From Mustelus asterias (Eukaryota): a stretch of 64,000 nt of DNA. The stretch is from NCBI RefSeq assembly GCF_964213995.1, contig NW_027590357.1, positions 248,001-312,000 on the forward strand. Reading direction: 5' to 3'. Under the pieces are notes generated by a model. That model saw nothing but the letters and a program-made list of their open reading frames with translations, was not told the origin of the DNA and searched no databases. Positions 61,206 through 64,000 of this stretch are shown piece after piece (the stretch's first letter is position 1; every line of letters begins with the position of its first letter). Made by a program: the position numbers and the translations under genes.

Positions 61206-62315
61206 TGTTAATTGTATCGATTAAGGTGAACTACATGTGGAGGTTATTGATTGGATCTATAAAGGGACAGTTAGTGACGGTGCCTGGAGTTAGGAGGTAT
61301 ACACCTGTAATGTTTCACTCCGTGAATAAATCTACACCAAATAAAGATTGACTCCACCCTAAGGCTGTCAGGATTATCACATTCATTGCAGCGCAGGTTT
61401 CTTTCCTCAACTCCAGTAGATGTTCCGACAGTTTCAGGATCCACTTCTTGTTGGAAAGCAGCATCTCAGTAAGTTTCCCTTTGGATCATCGGTTATCCTC
61501 ACCCGCTCTGTTGTGGGGTATTTTGAGATGGCCAATTATGTTTTAACTTAATGTAAAACTCACAAGGCAGGTATCTCTGTATAAAGATGTAACATTTATT
61601 TTAAAAAGACAAACAAACAAGCAGCTGCCTGGAGACCATCAAAGGGTTAAGTAGCTCCAGAGCGGCAAAAACCACTCCGATGGTTCTGACGTACAATCAA
61701 AAACAGATCAATTATAGATTTTATCAATAATTCCTGCCTTATATTAGCTTAAAATCAATTACATTTAGTATACACACATCAATATAAATCTCTATCAAGT
61801 ACCCCAGCCAACCACATTCTGCCAGTCAGCATAATGATATCTCATTTATCCATTCAATGCCAGGTGCAAACACCCATCTTGGCTGAACCCATCCCTATTG
61901 CTAAGGAATTATAACCGCTCATCATAGAGGTCAAAGTGCATGTTCCCACCGGCTCATTGCCAAACTGAATAGACACGTGTTCCTGCGTCCAGGTACATAT
62001 CTATTCTATGTCCAGACAATGAATATCTCTTTTCATAAAGTTTCAATGTGTGTTCCCTCATAAGAAACTTTCTGATATAAATTCTGCTAACTGAGGTCCC
62101 AGGCCTTTGGCTCTGAACTTTTAGCTGATACCATCATACATTGCAGCATCTTTGCTTTTGGGTGATGTGAGCAATACTTAGAACATTTTCAAAATACATT
62201 TAAAAATATCAGAATATGTTTTCAAATTGTAATTGTTTAATCTTCTTACTGCATACACATAGGTATAGTCTATTCCCCTGTTAGCTATCAACTAGTTTCA
62301 AGAATCATTCTGCAG

Positions 62316-62665
62316 GGCTTGGAAAGAGTGGACGTGGAGAGGATGTTTCCAAGAGTGGGAGAGACTAGAACTCGAGGGCACAATCTCAGAGTGAAGGGAC
62401 GCTCCTTTAAAACTAAGATGAGAAGGAATTTCTTCAGTCAGAGAGTGGTGAATCTGTGGAATTCATTGCCACATAGGGCTGTGGAGGCCGGGTCATTGAG
62501 TGTCTTTAAGACAGAGATAGATAGGTTCTTGATCAATAAGGAGATCAAGGGTTACAGGGAGAAGGTAGGAGAATGGGGATGAGAATCATATCAGCCGTGA
62601 TTGAATGGTGGAGCAGACTCGATGGGGCAAACGGCCTATTTCTGCTCCTATATCTTATGGTCTTA
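62316..62665 (+). mobile_element. CR1 3' fragment
   Basis: RNFFSQRVVNLWNSLP...IKGY followed by the 3' UTR. Confidence 0.85.
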
Positions 62666-64000
62666 TTTACTATTTACTATTTACAGAATTTACTATTCTG
62701 TCTGAAAATCTTATGAGCTGGTTAGGAATCCCCCTCTACCTGCTCCCTGTGAGGAGGCCGGATGTGGATTATTACCAAAAGTTTGATTGTCATTGGGGGG
62801 CCTGGTGGGTGGAAGCAGAACCTGGAGTTGGGCAGTGGGTGTTACCGTACTGGTATTGAGGCTCCTGGGTGGTCACACTGTGTTCCCCTTCTCCATGGGA
62901 TGCCACCTGCGTGGGTTCATGGCGGGCACTGGAAATTTCCAGCGTACAGTTTAGTGTGGTGTTACATCCCCCTCCCTACAGGGTGTGGGCGGACAACATT
63001 CCTCCCTTTCTCCCTACACCCCACAAACAAGATTCCCGGAGAGAGGGATCCACTCTGAGTTACAGTCAGTACATTTAATCAATGCAGTAGATTGTGTGGA
63101 CATAAAAGATTCTCCAGCTCTCCATTCACCTGGATCCACCTTGTAGATAAATATTAAGAAGTATTATTTCCCCCGAGCCTTCAATTGTCCCTATCCAAAA
63201 CTCCTTTAAGCTTTAGTCCATCTTCATTGTCTTAAAGTCCGTTTGTCTCTGGAGTTTGTGTCAGTGCCTTGATCATTTCAAAATGTTTTCTTACTCTTCA
63301 GGCCATGTTAACCATTGCACGCCGTGTATTCTGAAGGAGTCTGCATCAGTGTCCTGTACACCCTGTCTGACTGGTAACTACTGTGAGGAGGCTGAGGGAC
63401 CACTCCCACCTCTTTCCTGTGCTATTTCTCATCTGTACCCAGTCTGATCCTTCGTGTTGCTATTTCAAGCTAAGGACATCTCTCACGACTGTACTAATAT
63501 CATCCTTCATTAACAGAGCTACCCCACCTCCTTTTCCAAGCTTCTTATCTTTTCAAAGTGTCAAATACTCTGCAATATTTAGTTCCCAGCCTTGGTCACT
63601 CTGTACCCATTGTTAGGATACCAGGCCGGAACTCCAAGTTATATTAGGAAGCCAGACTAGACACCAACATTTATCTTTTTGGGAAAAATGTGAGGAGAGG
63701 AGACTTTGCTCCAGGAGTGATGAGAAAATAGAGATTTTTAAAATATTAAAATAAACTTTATTCACAACTGTTTAAATACAACACTAACAACGTAAACAAT
63801 TAACCGCTGAACAATACTTAAAATGAAAGGAAACAATTTAATTTCTAACTTAGCAACATCCATTCAGAGGTTCAAATCCCAATTTAAATACAGTTAACAA
63901 GCACAGATCATAGAGTCATCGAGGTTTACAGCATGGAAACAGTGTCTTCAGCTCAACTTGTCCATGGCGCCCTTATTTTTTTAACCATCAAGCTAGTCCT

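Noticed and set aside
61205-61360. LTR-like segment (TATAAA, AATAAA) truncating ZNF-F
   Set aside because: No second LTR, primer-binding site or target-site duplication identified.

Overview
Vertebrate genomic DNA, almost certainly from a shark or other elasmobranch (HE1-type V-SINEs, CR1 LINEs, a NAR-type V segment). It has three zones. (1) About 2-13.5 kb holds three antigen-receptor V segments, each with a split leader and a 3' 22/23-bp-spacer RSS: an intact NAR-TCR-like V (+), a frameshifted TCR alpha/delta-type V (+) and a LINE-disrupted TCR alpha-type V (-). I found no D, J or C segment. (2) About 14-25 kb is a decaying tRNA cluster with one canonical tRNA-Glu(CTC), near-intact Gln and Asn genes, and about 10 relics on duplicated flanks. 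(3) About 32-61 kb is a cluster of six tandem C2H2 zinc-finger genes/pseudogenes with no visible KRAB domain, including two head-to-head pairs. The copies share promoter, intron and 3'-UTR sequence, and one shared promoter region contains a 5S rRNA pseudogene and half a tRNA-Phe. The window also carries many CR1 LINEs (two near full length), SINEs and Penelope-like elements whose terminal repeats contain minimal hammerhead-ribozyme motifs. All calls were read by eye with no database searches; repeat boundaries are approximate.
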